A DNA stretch of 64,000 nucleotides from an uncultured Chloroflexia bacterium (lineage in GTDB: Bacteria; Chloroflexota; Limnocylindria; Limnocylindrales; CSP1-4): positions 32,001 to 96,000 of the forward strand of contig CAVQJC010000001.1 in NCBI GenBank assembly GCA_963712745.1. Reading direction: 5' to 3'. Under the pieces are notes generated by a model that did no database searches, was not told where the DNA came from, and was given only the letters and a program-made list of their open reading frames with translations. How positions within the stretch are numbered: position 1 is the first letter of the stretch; each line of letters begins with the position of its first letter. The translations under genes were made by a program, and so were the position numbers. This document shows positions 33,488 to 41,905 of the stretch, piece after piece.

Positions 33488-33916
33488 TCAGGGGGCCGGG
33501 AGGACCACGATGTCCCCCAAGCTGCGGAGCCCGGCCTTCTTGGCCAGCTTGGTGATCTCCTCGCTATCTGTGAACGTCTGGACCCAGACGGCCTGGCGTC
33601 GCAGGGTGTCCTCGAGCTTCTCGCGCTCACCGGAGAGCTTGCGGATCTCCGAGTCGGTCGCGTTGGCGCCCAGCGTCTGCGTGAGATACACCAGCCCCAG
33701 GATGGTGGCGGCCAGGATGCCGGCCATGAGCAAGCCGATCGGCCGTACCCGTGCCGCGGTGCGCGCGGTCGCCCGAGCACCGGCGCCGGCGGTGGCGGCC
33801 GGTGCGCCCGCCGTCGGCAACCGGGCTGCCACGCGGGCAGCCGGTGCTCGGGCAGCCGGTGCTCGGCCTGCCGGCAGCGGGCCGCGACGGAGGCGGGCTC
33901 CCTGGAAGACGGCCAT
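33488..33916 (-). CDS. FtsL-like cell division protein
   Basis: Ala/Arg/Pro-rich N-terminus, one TM, a coiled coil, ending ITKLAKKAGL; immediately upstream of ftsI. Confidence 0.7.
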   Translation of the reverse strand: MAVFQGARLRRGPLPAGRAPAARAPAARVAARLPTAGAPAATAGAGARATARTAARVRPIGLLMAGILAATILGLVYLTQTLGANATDSEIRKLSGEREKLEDTLRRQAVWVQTFTDSEEITKLAKKAGLRSLGDIVVLPAP

Positions 33917-34119
33917 CAGCGGGCGCGGGCGCTCGAGGAAGCCGAGTCGATGCTCGACGTGGAACGCGGCAATGGCCGCTCGGCATCCCACGCATCACCG
34001 CGGTTCCAGCCGCCGGGCCCCTCGAGATCGACCTCGAGATCGTCGTTGCGCCGTGTCCGCAGTTCCTTCATGCGGCGGCCGTACGCCTGGCGCCGCGAGC
34101 TGCCGTGTCCGCTGCTCAT
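33916..34119 (-). CDS. 67-aa hypothetical protein between rsmH and the ftsL-like gene
   Basis: ATG overlaps the rsmH stop (ATGA) and TGA overlaps the next ATG (TGATG). Begins MSSGHGSSRRQAYGRRMKELRTRR. Confidence 0.65.
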   Translation of the reverse strand: MSSGHGSSRRQAYGRRMKELRTRRNDDLEVDLEGPGGWNRGDAWDAERPLPRSTSSIDSASSSARAR

Positions 34120-35072
34120 GCTGCAAGCCTCCGTGCCGCCCGCAGCTTCGCGCTGCGAGCACGTGGGTTGGATGCCACCTCCACCTCGCCGGGTGACAGC
34201 GGCTGAGCGCCCACGTTGGCCAGCCGCGGCTGCTTGCCGCAGACGCACACGGGGAGCTCGGGTGGACAGGTGCAACCGCGCCGTTCTCGCGCGATGAAGC
34301 GCTTGACGATGCGGTCTTCGAGCGAGTGGTAGCTGATGACGCAGAGCCGGCCCTCTGGCCTGAGCAGTCCGAGGCATGACTCCAGGGCCGCCGGCAGGGT
34401 CTCGAGCTCGCGGTTGACCTCGATGCGCAGGGCCTGGAAGACCCGGGTGGCCGGATGGATGCGTCGCCGGCGTGAGTCGCGCGGCCTGGGTGCGGCCTTG
34501 GTCACGACCTCAGCCAGCCGGGCCGGGGTCTCGATGGCGACGTGGGAGCGGGCGGCCACGATGGCACGAGCGATGCGGCGTGCATGCGGTTCTTCGCCGT
34601 GCCGACGGAAGATGTCGGCCAGGGCGGACTCGCTGTAGCTGGCGACGACCTCGCTGGCAGGGATGCCTCGGGTGACGTCGAAACGCATGTCGAGCGCGTC
34701 GCTGGAACGAAAGCTGAAGCCTCGGTCGTCGTCGTCGAGCTGCTGAGAGCTGACGCCGAGGTCCATGAGGATGCCGTCCACCTGCCTGAAGCCCGAGTCG
34801 GTCGCGACCTCGGCGATGGCCTCGAAGTTCGAGCGGCGCAGGACCACTCGGTCGCCGAACCCTGCCAAACGCTGCTGGGAGCGCTCGATGGCCCTGGGAT
34901 CAGCATCGATGCCCAGCAGCCGGCCGTCAGGGTTGACGGCCTCCAGGATCCGAACGGCGTGCCCTCCGCCGCCAACGGTCGCATCGATCTGGAAGCTGCC
35001 CGGGTGCGGCGAGAGAGCCAACATGACCTCCTCAAGCATCACGGGCAGGTGCCCTACTTCCTGTTCCATCAA
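34116..35072 (-). CDS. rsmH: 16S rRNA m4C1402 methyltransferase
   Basis: Motifs HLPVMLEE, DATVGGGGHA, DLGVSS, HPATRVFQALRI, SYHSLEDR and NPRARSAKLR. Confidence 0.97.
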   Translation of the reverse strand: MMEQEVGHLPVMLEEVMLALSPHPGSFQIDATVGGGGHAVRILEAVNPDGRLLGIDADPRAIERSQQRLAGFGDRVVLRRSNFEAIAEVATDSGFRQVDGILMDLGVSSQQLDDDDRGFSFRSSDALDMRFDVTRGIPASEVVASYSESALADIFRRHGEEPHARRIARAIVAARSHVAIETPARLAEVVTKAAPRPRDSRRRRIHPATRVFQALRIEVNRELETLPAALESCLGLLRPEGRLCVISYHSLEDRIVKRFIARERRGCTCPPELPVCVCGKQPRLANVGAQPLSPGEVEVASNPRARSAKLRAARRLAA

Positions 35073-35121
35073 CGATCCGACCGCCCCGACGGTCCACCCG
35101 GACCCTGGAGGCTCATATGGT

Positions 35122-35550
35122 TCAGATGCCCAGTCCGGCGAGGGACTTCGCGAGTGCCTCCGGCTGATCCATCTGCTCGCTGTACTTGCTCCACCGCTCC
35201 GGCGACCACAGCTCGATGCGAGTGCCCGCGCCCACGAGCACGACCTCGTTGCCGATGTCGGCGTCCTCTCGCAGCCACTGCGGCAGGACGAACCGGCCTT
35301 GTCGATCGAGAGAGACCTCCTGAGCCGAGCCGAAGAGCAAGCGTCGAAGCGTCCGCCCCCGCGGATCGGTGAACGGCAGGGCGTTGATCTGCTCGGCCAG
35401 TGAGTCCCACTCGGCCTGCGGATGCAATGCCACGCAACCGTCCATCCAGTTGCTCACCTGTGCGCCCTGAGCGAGCTCCGCACGGAAACGGACCGGGATC
35501 GCGAGACGTCCCTTGTCGTCGACCGTGTGGCGATACTCACCTGTGAACAC
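35122..35550 (-). CDS. mraZ: Transcriptional regulator MraZ
   Basis: MFTGEYRHTVDDKGRLAIP, DRQGR and RIELW. Confidence 0.97.
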   Translation of the reverse strand: MFTGEYRHTVDDKGRLAIPVRFRAELAQGAQVSNWMDGCVALHPQAEWDSLAEQINALPFTDPRGRTLRRLLFGSAQEVSLDRQGRFVLPQWLREDADIGNEVVLVGAGTRIELWSPERWSKYSEQMDQPEALAKSLAGLGI

Positions 35551-35696
35551 CGGGCTGGGCTGCTCCGACTGTGACCGTCACTGGTGGCTCAGCGGCCGGG
35601 TTTCTCCCGACTCCTTCGCTGACGGCGAGACGGCTATCCCTGCCCACTCGTGCCCACCACGGCGGTGGTCACGCGGACCGGTTCACCCCTTTCTCC

Positions 35697-35758
35697 CCAC
35701 TTTGCACCACTTCGTGCCACTTGGATGGGCATGATACCCAATCCGCGGGGTCCGTCAA
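35697..35758 (-). promoter_or_regulatory. dcw promoter with three MraZ boxes
   Basis: On the minus strand, TTGACG-N16-TATCAT is followed by AAGTGG three times at a 10-bp period (35717, 35707, 35697), matching the known GTGG-type MraZ operators. Confidence 0.8.
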
Positions 35759-35895
35759 GGGCCCATTTGGCAGTACTTCCCCACGGGCGCCGCAGGGGTG
35801 CTTCAGGTGGGCCGACCCGAGTACCTCTCACCCATGCCCACGCCGTCTGTGGGCAGATAGCGTCGCTCCCCGAACCGCCTGCAGAGGATCTGCCC

Positions 35896-36240
35896 GTGAC
35901 GATCGCCCGGCGCCGACCAAGCGCCCTCGATCCCATCGCCGCACCCATGCCCAGCCCAGCGCCGGTCCGCGCGCTGGTGCCCGAGCTGGGTGTGCCGGTG
36001 TCACTGGGGGATGCGCCGGCGCCCGATACGGTGACGCCAGTCGGTCGGCTGCGGCGCTGCACGTTCCGGAGGATCGACCGCGTGTCGGCTCTGCCCGGCC
36101 GCCCGATCGGTTCGAACTACGAGGTCATGTGCCTCTACGGCACTATCGCGGAGCCCCTCGCGCTGGGCGGCGTCGACGCGGCCAGGCCGGTCTGCGAGAG
36201 TTGCACCGCCTCCGGCATCTTCCGTCCCGACGAGGACTGA
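35896..36240 (+). CDS. Hypothetical protein with four Cys (possible metal binding), divergent from mraZ
   Basis: GAGGA RBS before GTG; Pro-rich N-terminus, then RCTFRR...MCLY...CESC...IFRPDED. Confidence 0.65.
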   Translation: MTIARRRPSALDPIAAPMPSPAPVRALVPELGVPVSLGDAPAPDTVTPVGRLRRCTFRRIDRVSALPGRPIGSNYEVMCLYGTIAEPLALGGVDAARPVCESCTASGIFRPDED

Positions 36241-36280
36241 CCGGGAGGCCGAGATCCCCGTTGCCGGCAGGGTCGAAACA

Positions 36281-36324
36281 CGAAAGACGCCCGCCCCCTT
36301 GTAGGGACGGGCGTCTCGTCGTTT
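36281..36324. terminator. Hairpin between convergent genes, probably a bidirectional terminator
   Basis: AGACGCCCG...CGGGCGTCT stem flanked by AAA and TTT. Confidence 0.6.
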
Positions 36325-36361
36325 GGCGGCCGGCGCGTGGATGGCCGGCCGATGGTGGCAG

Positions 36362-37059
36362 CTACTCGGCGTCGTCGTCCTGGTCGGCGTCCATGTCGGC
36401 GTCGGCGTCCATGTCGGCGTCGGCGTCCATGGTGGCGTCGGCGTCCATGTGGCGTCGGCGTCCATGGTGGCGTCGGCGTCCATGCTGGCGTCCATGGCGC
36501 CCGCGATGAGCCCGCTCAGGTCGCTACAGATGACCCAGGCGCGCGTCTCACCGGGCACCAGGGTGACTTCGCCCGCGATGGTCGCGGTCTGGGACTGAGC
36601 CATGTCGCCCAGCATCTCGGCCTGCGCTGCCTGGATCTCCTCCTCGGACGCGCCGATGGCCTCCAGCATCCCGGTGATGATGGGCATGACGGACTCTACG
36701 TCGAACTCGGTGGACATCGTGGCGACGACGTCGACGATAGCCTCGGTCTCGGTCTGGCTTACGACGTCGAGCGACTCGAAGTCGATGTCGATGACGAACG
36801 CGTCGAGCAGGAACTCGAAGCCAGGGGGGATGCCACCGGCCAGGTCGCCCATGCCGATACCGCCGAGCGCACCCGCCTGCTCAGCGCAGAAGAAGGTCGG
36901 CAGGGTGGCGAGGTCCATGGATGAGAAGGCATCGGCGAAGCCCTCGAACGTGGCCTCGGGGCTGTCATCCTGGCCGAGCACGGAGGGCGCTGAGAGCATC
37001 GAGGCTGTGAGCGCCAGGCTACCGGCGACGGCGGCCATGCGCATACGGGGGTTCTTCAT
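36362..37059 (-). CDS. Secreted acidic protein with an MDADA(T/D) repeat tail; 1-nt deletion inside the repeat
   Basis: Signal peptide; 18-bp repeats at 36383-36494. Restoring one base at ~36449 gives ...MDADADMDADQDDDAE-stop. Confidence 0.75.
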
Positions 37060-37163
37060 GTCGGGTGACGACTCCTTCTGGTGTTGGCACGAGCGGGCGG
37101 TGCCTGCAGGGTGAGTCTAGCGGCCAGCCCCGGTCTCGCCGGGATCCGATGGTCCAGGTCCAC

Positions 37164-38087
37164 CTAGCCCTCGGCAGAGTCGACCGCATCGACCCGTGTG
37201 ATCCAGTACTCGGTCTCAGGCGTCGGGTCCGTGCTGAAGCGGGCGTTGACCGCCCACAGGGCGTCGCCCACCAGGGCGGCGGTCGTGGGCACATCGAAGT
37301 CCAGGGAGGTCGCTTCCCCTGCGAAGGCGGCGGCCAGCGCGTCCTCGTCCAGCTCCATGGTGACGACGAGGTTCGAGCTGTTGCGTACCACGTGGAGCGT
37401 GCGACCGTCGAGCTCCAGCCCATCGCCGCCGGTGAGCGATACATCACCGGTGTCGATGCGGCTCGCGGCTCCCGAGGCCGGATCGATGTTGTAGAGCTGC
37501 CCCTCGCCCGAGTGAACGACGACGAGACCGCCCGGAGCAGCCACGATGCCGTTGAGGTTGAAGCCTTCGCCGTAGACAAGGTCGCCGCTGATGGGCAGGA
37601 CCGAGCCCGCCTCGGGGTCAGGCAAGGCACCGTCATCACCCAGCGGGATGACCAGCACCTGGGGCAGGAACGAGTCGGTCACGTAGATGGCGTCGGGCGT
37701 GGCTGCGACATCGTTGAGGAAGCCGCTCTCGAAGGCGTAGGTCGCGAGCAGCTCGCCGGTGGCCGCATCGTACGCGCGTACCTCGCCGGTCGGTGCACCG
37801 GCGGCCCAGAGTCGACCGTAGGCGTCGTGTTCCAGACCGGCCACTACGGCCCCTTCCGTGCCCTCGACGAGGACCTCTGTGGTGCCGGTCATGGGATCAG
37901 CCCTGAGGATCGCCCCGTCGGCGAGCGAACCGGCGAACAGGTGGGTGCCATCGGTGGTCACCCCTTCTGGCTGCCAGCCGTTCGGCAGGTCGATACGGTC
38001 GAGCTGCTCATCCTGCGCCATCGCGGGCCCGCCGATGAGCCCGACAGCCACTAGTCCGGCGATGGTCGCCGGTCCGACACGTTGCAT
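37164..38087 (-). CDS. Secreted SMP-30/gluconolactonase-like beta-propeller protein
   Basis: Signal peptide; motifs LPNGWQPEG, FLNDV, YVTDS, FNLNGI, GGDGL and FDVPTT. Confidence 0.8.
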   Translation of the reverse strand: MQRVGPATIAGLVAVGLIGGPAMAQDEQLDRIDLPNGWQPEGVTTDGTHLFAGSLADGAILRADPMTGTTEVLVEGTEGAVVAGLEHDAYGRLWAAGAPTGEVRAYDAATGELLATYAFESGFLNDVAATPDAIYVTDSFLPQVLVIPLGDDGALPDPEAGSVLPISGDLVYGEGFNLNGIVAAPGGLVVVHSGEGQLYNIDPASGAASRIDTGDVSLTGGDGLELDGRTLHVVRNSSNLVVTMELDEDALAAAFAGEATSLDFDVPTTAALVGDALWAVNARFSTDPTPETEYWITRVDAVDSAEG

Positions 38088-38184
38088 AGGAGACACCCTC
38101 ATTACGAAACGGCCGGGAGAGGGCCGCAGCGCCGGAGTGTGCCGCGAGCACACGACAGCCCGATGACGATGCGGGGAACGGAGC

Positions 38185-38524
38185 GCCAGTGAGGTGGCCT
38201 GTAAGCCGAGTTCTGTCCCGCAGTGCGGGGATGGTCATCCATCTGGGACGCCGGTCGCCCGACGCCTCTTGCGGCCGACCCGAAGGCGGAGCGACGCGCT
38301 CCTGCGCAGCTCGCGCCACGCGTGCCCTCCTATTTGGCCTTGCACCAGGTAGAGCTTGCCCGTTTCACCCGGCCCGGCCGAAACCGGGACCGACTCGTCT
38401 CTGTGGCGCTGGTCCGCGCCTCGCGGCGGACGGGTGTTACCCGCTACCTCGCGTCGTGGTGCTCGGACTTTCCTCGGGCGACAGGTCGCCCCGTCGCCCG
38501 CGACCATCCGGCCACCTCACTGGC
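38185..38524 (-). ncRNA. rnpB: RNase P RNA (type A)
   Basis: GAGGAAAGTCCGAGC near the 5' end, ACAGAACTCGGCTTAC near the 3' end, and a P1 helix formed by the GCCAGTGAGGTGGCC inverted ends. TAGAGT -10 upstream. Confidence 0.97.
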
Positions 38525-38755
38525 CGATGGACTCTAGCACCGTGCGGCGGGTGTGGCATGCGCCCCAAAGCCAGGACCGGCTCGCCGACTGGCCAGCCGG
38601 TCCGCATGTCGAGAGGTGCGGTCTCGAGCTTCAGCTCGCCGCCGGCGCCTCGGGTGCGGGCGGATGGGCTTCAGCGGGGTAGATGACACCCCACCACACC
38701 TCCTGCATCTGCTCGTCGAGACCCGGGCTGTGGAACTCGAGGATGTCGGCTCGGG

Positions 38756-39220
38756 TCAGGAGCGGTACTTGGCCTCCAGCGCGGCCGCAGCGGCCGGGTC
38801 GTCGAGCGCAAGGTTGGCCAGCGCGTCGGCAGCCTTGTTGGTGGCCCGCGGCTCGTGCGTGGCGTTCCATCGCTCGAAGCCGGCCAGCAGCTCCTTGGCC
38901 TCCGCCCAGTGCACGCGCATCTTGGCGTCCTTCACACGCCAGCGACCGTGCAGCTGTTCCACGATGAGCTTGGAGTCCAGGCGCAGATCGATCTGGCGCG
39001 CCCCCAGTCGCTGCGCCTCCTTCAGCGCCAGCGTCAATGCTGTGTACTCGGCCACGTTGTTGGTCTGCACGCCCAGCGGCCGCGACACCACCGACAGTGG
39101 CGGAGCGTCCACGGCCGTGGCATTGGGCAGCGAGGCGTCGATGAGCACGGCACCGGCCGAAGCCGGACCCGGATTGGAGCGCGAGGCACCGTCGGTGCGG
39201 ATGAGCAGGCGGTCGGCCAT
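38756..39220 (-). CDS. rnhA: Ribonuclease HI
   Basis: Motifs TDGASRSNPG, TNNVAEY, DSKLIVEQ and NKAADALAN. Confidence 0.92.
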   Translation of the reverse strand: MADRLLIRTDGASRSNPGPASAGAVLIDASLPNATAVDAPPLSVVSRPLGVQTNNVAEYTALTLALKEAQRLGARQIDLRLDSKLIVEQLHGRWRVKDAKMRVHWAEAKELLAGFERWNATHEPRATNKAADALANLALDDPAAAAALEAKYRS

Positions 39221-40096
39221 CTAGGCGTCGGACCCGGGCGACCCGGTGGACTGTTCCGCATCCCCGGGCGTGTCGAGCGCCTTCGCCTCCTCGGAGACCT
39301 CCACCGTGGCATCGGCCGTCGAGGACCCATCGCCAGCACCGGAGCCGCCGTAGCGATCACCGCGCAGCTTGCGCCACAGCCACCGGACCGGATCGTAGTA
39401 CTCGTCGGCCACACGCTCCTTGAGGGGGATGATGGCGTTGTCGGTGATCCTGATGTGCTCCGGGCAGACCTCGGTGCAGCACTTGTTGATGTTGCAGTAG
39501 CCGATACCGCCCTCGTACTTGAGCTGCTCCTTGCGGTCGGCCTGGTCGAGCGGGTGCATCTCCAGGCTCGCCGCGCGCACCAGGAAGCGCGGCCCGAAGA
39601 ACTCGAACTCGGTCTCATGGTTGCGCAGCACATGGCAGGTGTCCATGCACAGGAAGCATTCGATGCACTTGCGGAACTCCTGGCTCCGCTCGCCGTCCTC
39701 CTGCTGCCAGCGCCACTCGCTCTGCGGCTCATCGGGCGGCGTGAAGGGCGTGATCTTCTTGTTGACCTCGTAGTTCCAGGAAACGTCGGTGACCAGGTCG
39801 CGGATGCGCGGGAACGTGCGCATGGGCTCGACCGTGATGGCCTCGTCATCGGGGAAGTCGGAGAGGCGGGTCTTGCACATCAGGCCCGGCTTGCCGTTGA
39901 TCTCAGCCGAGCAGGACCCGCACTTGGCGGCCTTGCAGTTCCAGCGCGCGGCCAGGTCCGGCTCCACGTTCTGCTGGATCCAGTGGATGGCATCGAGGAC
40001 GACCATGCCCTCCCCCGCCGGCACGATGTACTCGAAGAACTCGCCCTCCTCGTTGCCCTCGGCGCGGTTGACCCACAGCTTCGCTTCGTCGGCCAT
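39221..40096 (-). CDS. sdhB: Succinate dehydrogenase Fe-S subunit (Sdh1-like)
   Basis: Cys motifs WNCKAAKCGSCS, CIECFLCMDTC and CNINKCCTEVCP. Confidence 0.92.
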   Translation of the reverse strand: MADEAKLWVNRAEGNEEGEFFEYIVPAGEGMVVLDAIHWIQQNVEPDLAARWNCKAAKCGSCSAEINGKPGLMCKTRLSDFPDDEAITVEPMRTFPRIRDLVTDVSWNYEVNKKITPFTPPDEPQSEWRWQQEDGERSQEFRKCIECFLCMDTCHVLRNHETEFEFFGPRFLVRAASLEMHPLDQADRKEQLKYEGGIGYCNINKCCTEVCPEHIRITDNAIIPLKERVADEYYDPVRWLWRKLRGDRYGGSGAGDGSSTADATVEVSEEAKALDTPGDAEQSTGSPGSDA

Positions 40097-40098
40097 GC

Positions 40099-41901
40099 CT
40101 AGCCCTTCGCCGCCACGTACTCGGCCAGCTCGGCGGGCAGCTCCACGACCGGGGTCTGGCGCACCCTCATGGCCTCGCCCTCACGAGAGGTCGTCACGTT
40201 GACCTTGTCCCACTCGTCGCGCATGCCCACGTGATCGAGTCGGGAATGGGCGCCGCGGCTTTCCTCGCGCTCAAGCGCCGAGCGGGCGATGGCCTCGGAC
40301 ACGGTGAGCATGCTGCGCAGCTCGAAGACCAGGTCCCAGCCGGGGTTGAAGCGGCGCGGCCCGGTCACGCGAAGTCCGCGCCAGCGCTCCTTGTAGCCCT
40401 CGATACGCTCGATGGCAGCCCCCAGGTCAGACTCGACGCGGAAGATGCCCACCAGCGACGACATCGTCGCCTGCAGTTCCTCGTGCAGCCGGTTGGGGTC
40501 TTCGCCGGACTCGCGCTCGAAGGGCGCATACATGGCCTCGACCGACTCATCGACGAAGTCCCCTGACAGCTCCTCGACCGCTGGCGCCGACGCCGCCGCG
40601 TCCGCCGCTGCCTCGCCGGCCCGCCGCCCGAAGACGAGCAGGTCGGTCAGCGAGTTGCCTCCCAGGCGGTTGGAGCCGTGCAGCCCCGCGGCCACCTCAC
40701 CCGCGGCATAGAGCCCGGGCGTGGTCGTCTGGCCCGCCTCGGCGTCGACGCGGATGCCGCCCATGATGTAGTGCATCGTGGGCCCGACCTCCATCGGGCC
40801 GGCCGTGATGTCGACGTCGGCCAGCTCCTTGAACTGCTCATACATCGAGGGCAGCTTGGCGCGCACGCGCTCGGCCGGCAGGTAGCTGATATCGAGGAAC
40901 ACGCCACCGTGGGGCGAGCCACGGCCCTCCTTGACCTCGGTGTAGATGGCGCGGGCTACGTTGTCGCGGGTGGACAGCTCGGGTGGGCGACGATGGCTAC
41001 TCTGACGGCCCTCGGTGAGGTCGTCGACCCAGGCGCGTGCCTCCTCGTCAGTGGCGGCGTACTCGTGGCGGCGAGCCTCGGGCAGGTAGTCCCACATGAA
41101 CCGCTTGCCTTCCGAGTTGCGCAGGATGCCGCCCTCGCCGCGGACTGCCTCGGTCACCAACAGGCCCTTGACCCCGGCGGGATGGACCATGCCGGTGGGA
41201 TGGAACTGCACGAACTCCATGTCGATGAGCTCGGCACCCGCGCGGTAGGCCAGCGCCTGGCCATCGCCCGACGACTCCCAGGAGTTGGACGTGACCGCAA
41301 AGGCGCGGCCGACGCCACCCGAGGCGAGGATCACGGCCTTGGCCGGGAAAGCCACCGGCTGCCCGTCCATGCGGCGGTAGCCGATGGCGCCGTTGACGCG
41401 GCCGCCGCTCATCGAGAGGCGGGTGACGATGACCTCCTGGTAGACCTGTGCGCCCACTGCCACGCTGCGGTCCTGCAGCGTGCGGATGAGCTCGAGGCCG
41501 GTGCGGTCGCCGACGTGGGCCAGGCGCGGGTAGGTGTGGCCGCCGAACGGCCGCTGCAGGATGCGGCCATCGCGGGTGCGGTCGAAGACTGCGCCCCACT
41601 CCTCCAGTTCGCGCACCCGGTCGGGCGCCTCCTTGGCGTGCAGCTCGGCCATGCGCGGGTTGTTGAGCCGGTAGCCGCCGACCATCGTGTCACGGAAGTG
41701 TGTGGTCCAGCCGTCGCGGTCGTCCACGTGAGCCAGAGAGGCAGCCATGCCGCCCTCGGCCATGACCGTGTGGGCCTTGCCCAGCAGCGACTTGCAGACC
41801 ACGCCCACCGAGAGGCCCGCGTTGATGCAGGCCACCGCGGCACGCAGTCCGGCGCCGCCGGCGCCGATGATGAGGACGTCGTGTGGTCGGGTCTCGATCA
41901 T
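40099..41901 (-). CDS. sdhA: Succinate dehydrogenase flavoprotein subunit
   Basis: Motifs IGAGGAGL, KAHTVMAEGG (FAD-His), QFHPTG, HGSNRLGGNSL and ESRGAH. Confidence 0.93.
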   Translation of the reverse strand: MIETRPHDVLIIGAGGAGLRAAVACINAGLSVGVVCKSLLGKAHTVMAEGGMAASLAHVDDRDGWTTHFRDTMVGGYRLNNPRMAELHAKEAPDRVRELEEWGAVFDRTRDGRILQRPFGGHTYPRLAHVGDRTGLELIRTLQDRSVAVGAQVYQEVIVTRLSMSGGRVNGAIGYRRMDGQPVAFPAKAVILASGGVGRAFAVTSNSWESSGDGQALAYRAGAELIDMEFVQFHPTGMVHPAGVKGLLVTEAVRGEGGILRNSEGKRFMWDYLPEARRHEYAATDEEARAWVDDLTEGRQSSHRRPPELSTRDNVARAIYTEVKEGRGSPHGGVFLDISYLPAERVRAKLPSMYEQFKELADVDITAGPMEVGPTMHYIMGGIRVDAEAGQTTTPGLYAAGEVAAGLHGSNRLGGNSLTDLLVFGRRAGEAAADAAASAPAVEELSGDFVDESVEAMYAPFERESGEDPNRLHEELQATMSSLVGIFRVESDLGAAIERIEGYKERWRGLRVTGPRRFNPGWDLVFELRSMLTVSEAIARSALEREESRGAHSRLDHVGMRDEWDKVNVTTSREGEAMRVRQTPVVELPAELAEYVAAKG

Positions 41902-41905
41902 CGGT

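Noticed and set aside
33950-33966. Canonical parS-like sequence CGTTCCACGTCGAGCA
   Set aside because: Too many mismatches and inside a coding region.
38631-38759. Small ORF LTRADILEFHSPGLDEQMQEVWWGVIYP after rnhA
   Set aside because: It has only a CTG start overlapping the stop and no recognisable family; insufficient support.
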